Positions 22,740 through 37,000 of a DNA stretch of 64,000 nt are shown one piece after another (the first letter of the stretch is position 1; each line of letters begins with the position of its first letter). The stretch covers positions 248,001 to 312,000 of the forward strand of contig CDLV01000006.1 in NCBI GenBank assembly GCA_001244265.2. Reading direction: 5' to 3'. A model generated the notes under the pieces. The model did no database searches. It was not told the origin of the DNA and saw only the letters and a program-made list of their open reading frames with translations. A program made the position numbers and the translations under genes. The stretch is from Microbotryum violaceum (Eukaryota).

Positions 22740-25570
22740 TTTAGGTAGAACAAAGGCGGCGACGTACCGAGACCGCTTGATGTCTCTCCATTTGCGCAGC
22801 CGCTCGGTGAACAAGGCCGGGGAACAGATCGATTTCGGGATCGTTGGGGAAAGCGAGACACGTCATGGCCAGCACAACAGCAGCCTGCGGGATGGACAAA
22901 AACGATACACATTCAGGAAATGGGCCCAAATAGACGATAGACCCGAAGAATGGGGAGAGCATGGACTCACCGCGACGGCCTTTGAGGTCAACCCCCGCAC
23001 CAAGGTTGCTGGCTACAAGAGGGCGAGGCGAAGATGGCGAGGAGACGTTTGGCGTACAGAATGCACTGCATCTTGGATCTCTTGTAATCATCGCTGGACG
23101 CGGCGAGAACTTTGAGGTGGACTTGATCGGGCGCGTGAGCAACTGATAATAACGGCGAGTCGCCCCGTACTTGGCCAGCTTCCTTGATGAGGATGTCTAG
23201 ACTTACCGCGTTGCATTTTGGCTATTACGCTCGTCATTGGGGTCTCTTAGAAAGAGCGAGCTCGAGCGACCAAGGCGACATTAGCTGCCTCCTCGATCTC
23301 GTCGTCATTCGCATCGAGTGGAAGCATGACATCGATCATGTTGAGGTCAAAAACCGTCCACGTCCGAGCAACGGCGGACGAGGAGAGCACGCAGAGAGTG
23401 AACAGGCTGTGGAAGAGTCGTCGGCGCTCCTCCGCCTGAAAAGCAGAACGCGGAACGCGGCATTGACCGGTCAATTCTATCGGCGAAGGCTGGTAAGCGA
23501 TGTATCTAGTCAGCTGACCTCGAACAGCGTGCAGCGACCTGGGGTGCGGTCCGGGTCACGATGTAGTCCAATAGAAATTGCGGCGCGGTCTCGCCTTGAG
23601 GCGTGAAAGCGGCGTCGGACGACTTGTCCGAGGAAGTCCTCTTGTTGAGCCTTAGCTCGCTGCATCGACATCGAGATGTTTGTTATTGGTCGTATTTGTG
23701 CTCCCGCGCGAGTCTGCCGCAACTCCCGGCGGGATGGGAGCACCACTCGATCGCCGGGCCTGAAGCCACAATTCGCCGTAGATAGCGACCGCGGGGGGTG
23801 CGGGTGGGGGCCGGTGTCTCGGCACTCCTGTGGGACCGTCGGTCGGCACAGACGTGATGCGGAGGTCGTGCTCGTGCTCATAGTCATGTTCGCAGTCGCG
23901 TACGTGTCGGGCTGGTGTTGGTCTTGCTGTTGCACGGGACCAGCCGTCGCTTCAACAGTGGGGTTCAAGCCGGTGTTTGTCGCTCCAGCCCCAGTCGTAC
24001 TCGCGGGCGCCCCTGCAGCAGAAGGACCCCAGAAAGCCAAGCCGGCGGCGCATTTTTTTTTTTTTTTTTTTTTTTGACATTTTGAGGACCCAAAATCCCG
24101 AAAATTGTCGAGACGCATTGCAAAAATTTGACATTTTGGGACGAAGCACACGCTTTGTCCCCGAGTCGCCTTTGCAGATTTTGACATTTTCCCCTTGGGT
24201 CGACGCAATTTTGGCCTGCCCTGAGCAGCCTACGGCATGACTTTGGGCCCGTTCGCCTTCACTTCGAGACGCGCGTCGCAATGCTCGCGGCGCTTGTACA
24301 GGTCACTAGTCATTTTTTGTGATCTTTTTATTAGTGCAGTGGCTGCTAGGGATTAGATACCAATAGTTCCCACTGTGATTGAAGCGGCGCCGGTTCCGTT
24401 CTGACATTGAAGCATAGCACGACAACATGATCCCATGCTTATTTCTCGACGAAGACCAGGACTTCTATTTGAACAGACGATGACTTCGATCGACAATCGC
24501 CGCTTACCAACATGGCGATCGCCGAGCTCGCCTTCGGTGTATCATGTCGCTCCCGCCGATGCGTCTCTTCGCACCGAGTTGTCCAAAGACAAGCCCACCC
24601 AGTAATCGACCTACGTATACCTACCCTACCCAACTCTCCAGACCAGAGACGTGTTTCTCGCCACCGATGCTCTGATCAGGATATCGACCTTTGGCCGTCG
24701 CGTTGACAAGCAGTACGGAGCGCTAGCACAACGCTCTCGTCATTTTGGATCGCTAGACGGAGTTGTAACCACTGCCACACCATTGGAGATCGGATCTCTG
24801 ATTTGCTTTGACCTCGTGTGGCATGCAGCTGCGATCAAATTGCTTATGGAGAAGAACCGCTGTCCATAGGAGCTTCGCTTCATCAAAAAAGCATGCTATT
24901 TCACTCACATTGATGGTACTATGCCGTTCCGCATGATTGTTCCGCATGATTGATGGTCGACAGGTCATCGAGGCATTAGGCCCGCCAAAGATCACATATT
25001 GTCCCACAAGGATATTACCTCATGTTACCCCGACGAGCGCATAATCAGCACGTGCGCACGTGCCGAGCAAAGATTGCCGCCCTTCGGAGCGTGCCCGGGC
25101 CGCGAGATGATGCCGCCGGTAGAATCTCTACAAGCCGCACAATTGCCACCGCGGATACAAAGAGCTCAAGTTCGGGAAAACGTAAGTCTGACAACGATGT
25201 AGCGAGCCCATCAGTAAAGCAAGGAAGGCCCTCTTGATGCCTGGAGCCACGCGCGACACCTGCCGAAGCGACCGCGCGCCGCAAGCCACGTTCGATTGGC
25301 CGCCGCGCGCCCGCAAACGCTCGGAACGCGTTTTCGAGGACTTTGGAGCGATTTGTGGAGCATGTAGAACACATTTTGATAATATTTCCGAGGCGCATGT
25401 GACATTGTGGGGCCAAAATAAGGTAAAAAACTTTGACAAAAAGGCCAAAAAACGGCGCTTTTCCACATGCGTCTCTGGCCTGGCTTTCTGGGGTCCTGCA
25501 GCAGAGTCATTGACTCTTGAGCGCGATCGGCGGCCAGCTCCGAGTCGAGATTGAAGTCAGTCGGATCCAT
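22740..25570 (-). pseudogene. Degenerate ORF interrupted by TIR element B
   Basis: MDPTDFNLDSELAADRAQ (ATG ~25570) runs into the element; protein-like fragments continue beyond it (AAGAPASTTG; VHLKVLAASSDDYKRSKMQCILYAKRLL) with stops and frameshifts. Confidence 0.35.
24023..25497. mobile_element. Non-autonomous TIR DNA transposon, copy B (1475 bp)
   Basis: 21-bp TIR AGGACCCCAGAAAGCCA(A/G)GCC; 8-bp TSD GCAGCAGA at 24015-24022 and 25498-25505; subterminal TTTGACATTTT x3; coding relic FGSLDGVVTTATPLEIGSLICF homologous to copy A. Confidence 0.92.
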
Positions 25571-26625
25571 AGTGCAGCAGTGTCGCGACTCGTTATTGCA
25601 AGCGAGGTTCAGTCGGACCAGCTGCAGTGAAATAGAGCAGGACACCAAGAGATGCACCGGCGACAGCGACGAGCCAGAGTGGTCACCGCCGACTCTGTGG
25701 TGCGCACAGACTTTGCGACGCCGACGACGGCAATTGTTCCTGCAATTGTTCCTGAGCAGGTTGCACGCCGCACGCTGAGCGCGAAAATCGGCGATCGTGT
25801 TGGAAAGGGCGCTTATTGGCGCACGGCGCACGGCGGCAGGCAGTCGGACTCGGCACGCCCAGGCACACCATGCGAATGATGAGCGCGGTGAAACCCGACA
25901 AGTTGAAATGGTAGCTGCGAGGCAGATGGTGCATCGCAGGATTTGACGACTGAAGTGGGCTGGTGCATTCCTTGCTTCGTGGCCTGCCACGCTACATCTA
26001 CATCTACATAATACCTACTTTAAAGGATTGTTCACCCGTGCGACTTGAAGGAGGCTGGCACTCACTCCGGAGTTCGGCGAGCTCGCCGAGTCCCGACTCT
26101 CGACACCATGGTGCTGATCTCAGTGATCTGCACTGATCGACATCTGCGATCGACAATTTATAGCTCATAGCTCATCAGCTGGCAGGTCGTCGGCTGAGGC
26201 GCAGAACCACTGGGAGATCTACATCTACATTGATGAATAGCATCTTGGCTTTCCTTTTTTGAGAGAAAGAAAGATCGTCCTAAGATTAAAGCGTCCACCC
26301 CGCTCCACATCATGATGTACATATATTGTTGGGTGCATTGGCGTCGATCCGGGCGACAGGAGCAAGTCCGGAATCTTCACGCCTGCTCGACAAAACTAAT
26401 TTACTATTGAGACACGTCAAACATTTAAATAACAACGGCTCAAGGACTCAAGGAACTGAATAGGTAGTTGGAGACTCGTCCGCTAGATATAACTATAATG
26501 TTCCTTCATCTGGGGCCTCCGACGTCACTCGCAGTCCGCAACAGAACGACATGCCGTTGCAGAAGACCGTCGCCGGTAGGTCATGACCAGGCATGCTTGA
26601 TCTTCATTCCGGTGCGTCCGTGAGA

Positions 26626-28993
26626 CTAGTAGTCTAAGCTTCTAAGCCCTCTGGCATCTCCTCCGAGTCGATGCAAGCGAAGAGGAGGCAGAGCCAACTT
26701 ACCCTCCGCCTCGTCCCGCGACAAATCCCCTAAAGCCAACCCTCGTCCATCAGGCAATAGAGAAATTACCGGAGGACCAGTAGAACCATGTTCAAAAGTA
26801 GAGTCCGACTGGACCTCGGCGGGGTTGTGCGATCGACTTCGCGAGCGTCGAACGCTTACTAGGTTTAGGAAGAGTGCTGTGCATCCGATCGAGTAGATGA
26901 TGCTGTAGACCCAGGGGACGAAAAAGTAGGACAACTCGACTCTGTGGATTCCTTGTAGTGGCTGATGATCAGTTTGAGTCTACGAGGTAGAGCTCTGTGC
27001 ATTCGCACCCTGAGGCCGGTAGCGAACGTACTCGGCCCACTTTGGAGAATCATTCGGAAGAATACAGATGTAGTTCCAGATTTCTCGGTGGTAAAACTGA
27101 GGGTGAGCGTGACGTTGACTGAGACACACTAAGAGCAGTCGACGTTCATCCAACGCAAAGGAGGAGGGGCCCGACAATGTCGATACGGTACAGAGGCACG
27201 TGGTGAGTTTGGCTCGCTCGTTCCGGGAGCAAGAGTGTCCGACGCTAACTCCGACTCACGACAATGAGATCCTTCTCTGCTCTTCGCAAATCGCTCATGT
27301 CCACATTCCCTCCGAGATCGATGCTCAACCCCGGAGATAAAGGCACTTCTAGAGGCTTGGATGCTGATCCATCGCCGTGCTTCGTCGAGAAATCGTCAAA
27401 CGAGCTCGGAGTACTAAATGCCGTTAGGGACGTCGAGAAGCGCTGTGCTAGCGATGGTCGTGTAGAACCAGTGAGCTCCTTGACGTCTTGTGACTCCATT
27501 CTGACACCCGTCGTACGAGTCGGGAAAGCGACCAGATGCTTCGGCATGCCCGCGGAATCAGATGCCCCCAAGGAAACAAAACCGACGTCGGGTCGGATCG
27601 ATCTTCGCCGAATCGAGGCATTGATTTTCCGCCGGAGGGTAAGCAGCAGTCCGATCGAGCCGATGTTGAGCTGGAAAGGGTGAAAAATGTGCCCGTGTGA
27701 GTGCCAGTTCGCGCTGAAATCGCAGAACCGCATCGACTCACGAGACCGATTGTAAAGGGCACGATGATGACCATGAGAACCACCGCATTCTGATATCTGA
27801 TGACTAGACATAGCTCGGTCAGCTTTCCCAGCCTCACGGGGTGGGACGGCAGACTGACAAACTCACGGCAAAATATGCGCAGCCGAGGTTGTCAGGTCCG
27901 CGTACAAGCTCTGCACATTAAGCAGCTCCCCAAAGTCCACGCCCTGGGACGGATTGTAGGATGCCTGATTACGACTGAGCGCAGATCGGAGCAAAACAAC
28001 ATGCTTCCACGTCCGTCGCCAGGCGGAAGCGCACAAAGTGTCCACGATCTGAGGGGCCGCAGGCGGGGAGCCGATCAATTGTGTCGCTTCTAGGTGGGGG
28101 GGGGGGGGGGGGGGGGGGGGGAGGGGTCCGATCTCAAGGAGCCTGGTGAGAAGAAGACTTACTAGTAGACCGACAGTCAAGGCAAAGGCGGTACCATAGA
28201 AGACCCCGTTCGCCACTTTCGCCGGCACATACCCTTGTCGGTCAGTCCGAGTGGCTCCAGACCGCGAGCGCGCCGACACGACGAGGAACGCTTGTGTCGA
28301 AGCCCACGTCACAAAGAACGCGTGCATCGATATCGGAATCCAAATAAAAGCGCGCCAAGTGTTGAAGTTTCCGAGTTGCTTGTGCTCGCCCAAGACGCGG
28401 TACTCCATATCTTCGGGATTAGGGAGTAAGTCCAAACTGATCTCAGCGCCGAGCAAGATCCGATTTCAGTGGTCTGGGAGAGCGCCTTACAAGAATATGC
28501 GAGCATTGCCACTGAGGTCAGGAGTCCCCAGAACGGTAGATGGAAGACTATTGGATAGGAGCATCGGGTGAGCTTCATCGGAATTCACAGAAGCTGGAAT
28601 AGGCCTCAAGCTTACTTTGTTGTGACAAACCCATCAACTTTGCGAGCGATCCAAAACCCTCCCGACTTGATTTTGCGCACGCGGTAATGGTAGTAAAGCA
28701 TAGCGGTATACACCAAGGTCACCAAAACACCACTGTCAAGATATGGAACGGTCCAGCATTAGGGTTGCTTCATCAGTCCGTGCTTCATGCGAGCTACGTC
28801 TGCGACGGGAGCGGCCACCCTGCTAAATCGAGGAGAAAGTCGGAGTAGATGAGCCCACGACCAGCCTTGGCCAAACTCACTATCCCGATATCGAGCAAAG
28901 CACGATGATGTGTTTCTTGAAAGCAGGTAAATTCGGAGGATAGTAGTAGAGTGCCTTGTTGAGCTGCTCGACGCCTGAGAAAATGATGGGCAT
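26626..28993 (-). CDS. Multi-exon, multi-pass membrane protein of unknown function
   Basis: ATG at 28993 (MPIIFSGVEQLNKALYYYPP); hydrophobic exons (WRAFIWIPISMHAFFVTWASTQAFL; YFFVPWVYSIIYSIGCTALFLNL) separated by GT-AG introns. Confidence 0.6.
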
Positions 28994-31091
28994 CGGAGGA
29001 CTTTTGGTCAGCTTCAACAGCAGAGCTTGACTGCCCAAGTTGGGCGCATCACGTCGCGCCGATCTCGCCCAGGGATCCCAGGATTCAGGGCGCGAGGCTC
29101 GGCTGACGGCGCGAACAAGGTTTGATGCTTCCGACTGCCACAGAGGCTGACGCTCAGATTCTGCAGGGGGAGGGGACCGAACTCACACTTATCCCATGGG
29201 TTTGCGGTCGAGGAACCCGTCGCCATGTTTATCACAACATAGCAACGTATCCTCTCCGCCTTGCCAGCACTGAGCAGCGGCCGTGAGCTCTGGCCGGGGT
29301 CGTGAGCTGCTGCTGCTGGAGGCTTGCGTTTGAAGATGAGTGTCGCGCGCGGGCTGCTGGAAGGCTGACAGATCGGAGGATCCGAGCAGGTCTGAGCGGG
29401 CGCCTAGATGTCTCGGACTCCGGGAGTTGAGACTGGGTGCAATCAAGCCAAGTGTAGAGCTGGCACGTAACACAGCGAGCTGGACAAGTCAACATTCGGT
29501 TGAGAGAATGCGAAGAGAAGGGAAGTGGCTCAGGGTGGGTGTAATGGCGATCGTTGGAGATCAAGCGAAATCCGCTGAGGTAGGTTCGACGATCAGTCCC
29601 TCGCACGGTCACAGTGCTCGTGGGGCCGTGATCGTGGAATTCGATCAAAACTCCGGACACCGGTCGAGGTCGCCCGCCGTCCGGCCGGCGTCAACTCTCC
29701 GAGTTCCGGTCAGTCAACTTTCGAGGCACATCAGCACCTGCCACACCAATAAAGCATGAGGCACCCAGGTTCGACACAAACTTTGCAGCCACGGAGTCTC
29801 GGTAGCGCCGGCTGGGCACCTGATGCCGCAGAATTAGGCCCGCACTCTCTGGAATCTGTGATTATTTCACTTTGCGAGCTAGGGTTGGAAAAACGTGGTA
29901 CGGCGCTCAGGAGCTCAGGAGGCGCGCTCGGCGTGCTGCTCGGTATCCGGCCTGCCCAGAGCGCGATGAAACACTGGGTGTTGCCTACCGAACAGAGCCT
30001 ACGTATTTCAGCAGCTGCAGTCCTATAACGAAATTCCTGGGCTCTTCTTCTGCTGGTACTTGAACCGATCAATGCAGTCGTCTAATTATAATTATAAGTC
30101 GGCCTGTACAAGCTCCGAAACATTTCGGTCCAGCTGGAGCTTAGAAGAGGCAGGTGCGGCAGATTTCGTCCGAGTCTGACTCTAGCCACAGTAGTAGCCA
30201 GACCGCGGCGGCCCCTGCTAGAGCACCTGCTACAATGCGCCGCAGAGGATCGGTCAACTTTCGCTGACTCGGATTCTCAACCAGATCTCGATTTCCTAGC
30301 TTGACGTTGAACCTTAGCAGGATAGGTAGTGGAGCAGGAGGTTCTGACGGCACTGCACACGATTCTCGACGGAATGGAGGAGGTGAGATGAGATGAGATG
30401 AGATGAGGTTTAATGCAAGGGAAGGTCAAAGTCTAAGCTACGAAGACTAGCTGAGAATGGGTTTCACAACGGGCGCGGCGCACGGCGGAGGCGCTCTGGG
30501 CTTCCTGACCCAGTAGGTACCATAGGTAGGCAGATACCGGGAGATGATCTCCTACTACTACTACCGAAAAGTACGGACCTGGTGTCGATTCGCGAACGGC
30601 AGCCATTCACCTACCTCGAGACGAAGGCTGAGGAAGGGCCAAGTCGGAAAAATCAACATCGCTCAATACAACCGAATTAGTAATCACGCTAGGAGTCTTG
30701 CCTTCGTGGACTAATAGGAAAATATCCAGCCAGATGAAAAGCAGAAAGGGGCTCTTGGGCGATTGGAAATTCGACGGCGCATCGCCAGTCACCATGACGC
30801 GCGAGCTAGACCGTGCGCGGTGAACCGAGTCTCGACGGGGTCGAGCGCGCCAGCCCCAAGCTCGTGTGCTGCCTTCATCCTAAGCACCGATACCGCTTTT
30901 GCCGGCTGGTGTTAGTGCTTCAGCTTGGTTTTTTCAGCTTAGTGTAGATCCCAAGTTGTCATTTCGCTCGCTGCGTTGCTGAACGGCGGCCCAAACGAGC
31001 TCGACGATCGCGTGTCGACTCGGTCGTCTCGCACGCGCCGTCCCCTCACACCGTCGTCCCTCACACTCAAAGCGCTGCACTTCACCTCGGG

Positions 31092-34000
31092 ATGGATGCG
31101 CAATCACCGCCACCGCAGCCTCGAGCGTCGACATCGTCCGAGAAGCAGCAGACGCTCATCGCTGGCAGCATCTCGGGGCCGAACCGATCGAACAGCGCGA
31201 CCGCAGCCATCGTCGTGTCGGATCAAGTTGTCTACGACCTCTCGCTCGCCTGCGACGCCGAACATGCCTCGGAGGAATCATGGCAAGATGCGACCGCTTC
31301 CTCGCTCGAATGGATCCTCTCTCTCGACCGTAGCAGTAGCAACAAACTCTCCGGTGGGGCCAACGACAAGGGCAAGATGAGGGAGAGCGCGGTCGTGCAT
31401 TGGTACTGCGGTCACGACGGCGCCGAGGTGTGCTGGTCTCCGAGCGTGTTCCTCGTACGCCTATTGTCAATGAAGAAGCAAGGGGACGTTGCGAGGTGGA
31501 GAGACATGTTTGAAAGGTGAGAGTTCTGGCTTCCACTCCACGGCGACAGTGTGCTCGCGCAAACGAAGCCAGATCCCGCCAGGTGCTCTCGGAGATGATC
31601 CCCCCACACACGCTCCCAGAGAGCAGACACTGACTCCCTCGATGAACTCGTACCTGCTCATAGTCTCATGCACGAATGCCCTCGGTGTGTTACAGCGTTC
31701 CAGCATGCAAAGTCCGAGTTCATCAACAGGTTCGTTCGGCTTTCTTTCCGGCAGAGATTTCGGGATCCCTTGCGAACAACTCGAATCAATCCGCGGCTGC
31801 GTTCGCACACCCTTGCTGACTCGGCAACATGTCAACAATCAGGTATCTCTCCCTTCGCAAGAGTGAGGCAGCTGTCAGGGGATTCTCGGACGGCATAGAG
31901 AGGCTCGAGCGTGATCGAGTACGTCAAGCATTTTGCGACGCTGGGTTCGGGGTGGACTCGACCTCGGCGACGGCGCATCTCGAAGATGTCGCGCCGGCAG
32001 CTATCCAGAACTGTCTGGTCAATCATCTGTTGTTCCAGGACACCAACATTGTCAACCTTATTGCTTCGGGTCTACCGGTGTCCAAGCCGATTCAACTCCC
32101 ATTTGAAGTCACACCGGGCCTGCTCGGCCTCCGCTTTCATCGGGAGCGTGCGCTGCGTGATTGGACACAGCTTCAGCTCGATAGCTGCGAGCTTGTCACT
32201 CCTCGACACTATACGCATCGAGGACTTGGTCTCATTTTTGGGGCGCACCTCAAGCTACTCGCCAGTCGCGATCGCGGCGACTTCAACGCCGAGACCGTCA
32301 TCCACCTACCCTACGTCGAAAGTCGAGTCGAATTCTGGCAGGCGCTGACGGCGGTACTCGCCTTGCTCGACTCTGAAACGATGCATTCGCAGCTCACTCG
32401 AGCGGCAAGCCTCTCCAATCCAGGTGCTCCTTTAACAGCATCAGCTGTGGGGGATATTATCCAGGTCGTGGCCGGTCATCTCGGAGACGTCGAGGATCAC
32501 TTCCCCGACGTCCTGTCGTGCTTCCGGATCATCGTGGATCGACTGCAGGAGAACGTCTGGAAGAGTGCAGCTGATCGCTTCGAAGAGGTGACACTGCACG
32601 CAATACTCGACAACACATCTTTCGAGCGAATATTCGGTGGCACCCACGAGGATGAGCCGGCGACCAACGACGAGCCGATATTGAACTGGATCCCACCGTT
32701 TCTGAGGTCGGTGGCTCAGTCATCGACTCGCTTCATCAACTCGTTGGCCATCATCATTGCGGCATTTTTGGGTAACCTGCAGGCTTTACGCTTCGAGACT
32801 GCGGCACGTACACGAGCCATCACTATCGCTGCGACGATCCTGTCTGATGTCTTCCTCGACACCGATGGCCTCATCGATGCCCAGTCCAAGTGGCCGCACG
32901 CGCGGGAAGCGGCCAAAATCCTGGACCTGCACGCCCCGACCATCGCCGATTTCGCGTTCGATCCGCGCTTTGGAGCCGAGCATTGGCGAAAGGCGACGAG
33001 CACAGCGAGGGAGCTGACGATGCGGATCATGCAGCGCGATGCTCGACGAGTTCGCGATGCGATTCATACTTTGGGTTCCTACTCGATGGAGCTCAAGCGC
33101 GCCGAAGATCAAGCGAAGCGGTCGAAAAAAGATGTCCTGGTCACCTTCGAGTCTGAAACATCGACTGCGCATGGCCCACCGCCACCCATCGTTGCATATT
33201 GTGCACCGCTCTGGAAGAGGTCGTACGAAATCGTCCGATCGACGGACGCGCGCAATCTTGCCGCTATCGTTCAGGGCACTTCGGCATGCTATCACCTCGA
33301 GCATCTCACCGCTCGAACTTGGATATACAAAGATCAGATTCGAGCACAGATGAAGGCTGTCAACGCGGCGCTCGACCAAATCCGCTTGCCGTTGATCTCG
33401 CTGGTCGAGTCCTTCACCGACGAGGCTCCTGCAGCTTTGCTCGACTTTCTCGCCCGACCAGGTATCACGGAGAACTTCGTCGTCTGGGCGCTATCGCCGA
33501 TCGAGCAAATGCACAACGTGGCGCAGGGCGTCGTCAAACAAGCGTATGACGTGTTGACCCGTCGGGATTGCCTTGGCGCCCTATTGTTGCATCACCCGGG
33601 CGCAGCCCTTCGCGGTCTTCTCCGATCATTGCGCTCATTCACCACCACTGCAAACTTTCTACCAGAAGCCTGCGGTCAAGCCAAACGCCTGGTACGCTGT
33701 CTTTCGGACGTGATCGATGTCCTCTGCGCCACCGCAAATGGTCTGCTGCGTAACGCTTCCTTTCTGCGTCGCGGCGTTGAGGAGGAAGAGCACCTTGGCT
33801 CGCGTCTGTTCGAGCTCTGGCGACGTATGTGTGGCGCGCTGGCGTTGGTCTTCAAGGAGACGCCTTCTTGGTCGACGTTCTTTGAAAACAGCGTCATGAC
33901 GGAGTGGATGCGAGATGCGATCTTGTTTGGAGTTGATTTGCTTGAACAGCAGCACGCATTCGAGATCGCGATCCGCGATACCTTGCGAAGCGGCACCAAC

Positions 34001-37000
34001 CCAGCCTCGACCAAGCAAGCGTCGACACAGGCCAGGCACGTCATAGCCGCCCTCAGTGAGCCACTTGAGGAGCTCACCTCCTGGCTTCGATTGAACGACG
34101 AGGACCTGTTGTCTGCGACTTTTGAGCTCGTTCGTTCGCTGCTTGGACGATTCGCCGAGTCCGACATGGCGCTGAGGAGCTCGACGGTGGCTCGCCTTCG
34201 CAAGATCGCGGATAGCAATCGTCGCAACCGCGCTGTGCGATCCAACATCCTTCGTGACGATCAGCTGCGCGAGCTCGTCGATGCTCTGGCCGTCAACGAC
34301 GGTGGCGAGGTGGTGGTCTACGAAGTCCCCCGTGACAAGAGCAAAGCACTTGCAGCTACCGCCGCTGTTTGCATGACTTCGAAGCTACCGGCGAGCGTGC
34401 TGGACCAATTGCGAATCCATTCGGCGCGCAGCAATTCATCCGGGACGAACGGTGTCTCCTCGACTACTGCGTCGAGGGGACCGACCTCGTTCACCACCGG
34501 CAAAGGTGTCAAAGCTTCAGCACCGAGTTCCACAATGTCCGCTCGACCTCGCGGTGTACCTTGGACGAGTTATACGTCAAAACCAGCCAAAGCTTGGAAC
34601 TCTTCGGATGATTCGTCCTCCGAAGAAGATCACGACGGCGAGAACGCGGACAGGAAACTATCGGGCCTGGCGATGCTTGCACGAGCGCAAAAGTCGTCGC
34701 CCAAGTTCAAAAAGATCACGGAACGTCGTACCGTCAAGATGATCGACAACCCGACTAGCGGCGTCGTGAGCACGCGCATCAGGGGCCCTATGGCCACGCA
34801 GGATGCGGCGCAAGATGCAGCGCAGCGACGCGCGGCCAACATGGCTCGACTTCGAGGAGTGCAAGACTACTCGTCGCTACATCGGCGCATCCTCCAGTGG
34901 GACGTCGACAAAGAAGGACCGATCGCACCGCACTTGTCCAGTCGTCTCACCCCGCTGCGCTCCTCATTCAGCAGCGCCGACGATTATGTCAACAGCTTTG
35001 AGCCGTTGCTCTTGACCGAGTGTTGGGAGCAAGTCAAGGTGGCCCGGACTGAAACGGCGAAGGATAATCACCCTGTCAGGGCGACAATCGCTGGACGTCA
35101 AGCCGTCGACGACTTTATCGATGTCTTTGTCACGATCGACCATGCCGATGTGCCACCAGGCACGTTCTTCTTCGATACCGATCTCGTGCTCCTTCGGCAA
35201 GGGCACCATCAAACGCTTGCCAAAGTTCAGGCTTTTGCGCGAAAGCGCGAGTTCTTCGAGGCGACGCTACGCACACAACTTGGGAACGACACGACCGACG
35301 CGGGACCAGGTCTGGTAGCGAGATCGCAATGGCAGATCCTCAAGTTGTATACGTACGTCCCTGTTCAGTCCTTAAAAGATAGCCTTCGATGCCTGGCTCA
35401 AACCGACTGAGTATTTGACGTGTCGTACACAGTTTGAGTACGATCCACCGCGAGTACGCAGCACTTCAGTCAATCCGCTACTTGGACTTATTCCGCGAAA
35501 TTATCAGTCCACGAGCACCACCTCCCCTCCCTTGTGACTCAAGAAATCTGAGCCGGATAATCTCGGCCTACCAGGTCAATGAGCCACAGGCGAAGGCGAT
35601 ACAAGGCGCCTTGCAGACGTCCGGGTTCAGTCTCATACAAGGTCCTCCTGGAACGGGTAAAACCAAGACGATCATTGGTCTCATCGGAGCGTTTATAGAT
35701 TCGAGACCTCGAGTTGCAGCACCGATCGTGGTTGGACAACCGACCAGCGAGGCCCACCGCGAACCCCTCGCCAAGATCTTGCTGTGTGCTCCTAGTAACG
35801 CCGCAGTTGACGAAGTCGCTAAGCGACTCAAGGACGGCATTCGCGACTCGAGTGGGCGTCTCATCGTACCAAAAGTCGTGCGTATCGGCAGCGACTCCGC
35901 GGTCGACATCTCTGTGAAAGACATCTTTCTTGACGAACTCGTCGAACGCGCGCTGAGTGGAGGCGTCAACGCGGCCGACGCAGCGAACGACTCGCAAAGG
36001 AGGATGCAGTCGATGCGCGCCGAGGTCGACCTGCTTCGCGCGACCCGTGATAAGAAGCTGGCGGCTTTGCAAGCCGTGAACGACAATGACGTCTTGCGTG
36101 AGGAGCTGCGGTATCAACTCAAGACGACCAAATCGCAGATCAACGAGATCTCGCAACGCCTTGATGCCGAAAAGGACAAGGCGCAACAATCTCGCCGCGC
36201 GCTGGATGCGCAGCAGCGTAAGATGCGGACGCAGGTCCTGTCCGATGCGGACGTCATATGTGCAACACTTTCGGGCTCGGGTCATGACTATATGGCCCAG
36301 TTACCATTCGACTTTGAGACTGTCATCATCGACGAGGCTGCGCAATCGATCGAACTGAGTTCGCTAATTCCGCTAAAGTACGGATGTCGTCGGTGCATCC
36401 TTGTTGGGGGTCAGTTGCGGCACGAGCATTTCACATGCAATCTGAACTGAAGCGGACATCTTGACCCCTCAGATCCGTTGCAGTTGCCGCCGACCGTTAT
36501 CTCCAACGCTGCCAAGCATGCGGGCTATGATCGATCGCTGTTCGTTCGCCTGATGGAGCAAGGACGAGGGCCACACTTGCTGAGGTGAGCTTTGAGGATG
36601 GCGTGCTCTCTGGGGCCGCTGAGACGAGCTCAATTCCCGGACTCGTATGCGATGCAGCATCCAATATCGAATGCATCCGCACATATCGGCGTTCCCCTCG
36701 GCCGCATTTTACCACTCTCGACTCCTGGATGGCGAGGAAATGGAGAAGAAGACGCTACAGCCATGGCATTCCAATTCTTTGTTCCCACCGTACATGTTCT
36801 TCCATGTCCGCAACGCCACCGAGGTTGCCGGTCGTCACCATTCGTGGACGAACCCCCAAGAGGCCCAGACGGCCCTTGCGATCTATGAACGTATCATACG
36901 GGAATACCCGCACGTTGACCTGAACTATCGTATCGGTATTGTCACCCCTTACAAGGGTCAAGTATGGGAACTAAAGACAACTTTTCGCCGTCGGTTCGGC

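Noticed and set aside
23510-24281. ORFs with poly-Lys/poly-Phe tracts
   Set aside because: Artefacts of the T-run inside element B and read-through across its boundary.
28093-28125. Long poly-G run
   Set aside because: Intronic homopolymer of unreliable length; the poly-Pro ORF it creates is spurious.
30141-30795. Short minus-strand ORFs upstream of SEN1
   Set aside because: Could not assemble a convincing spliced gene or recognise a family.
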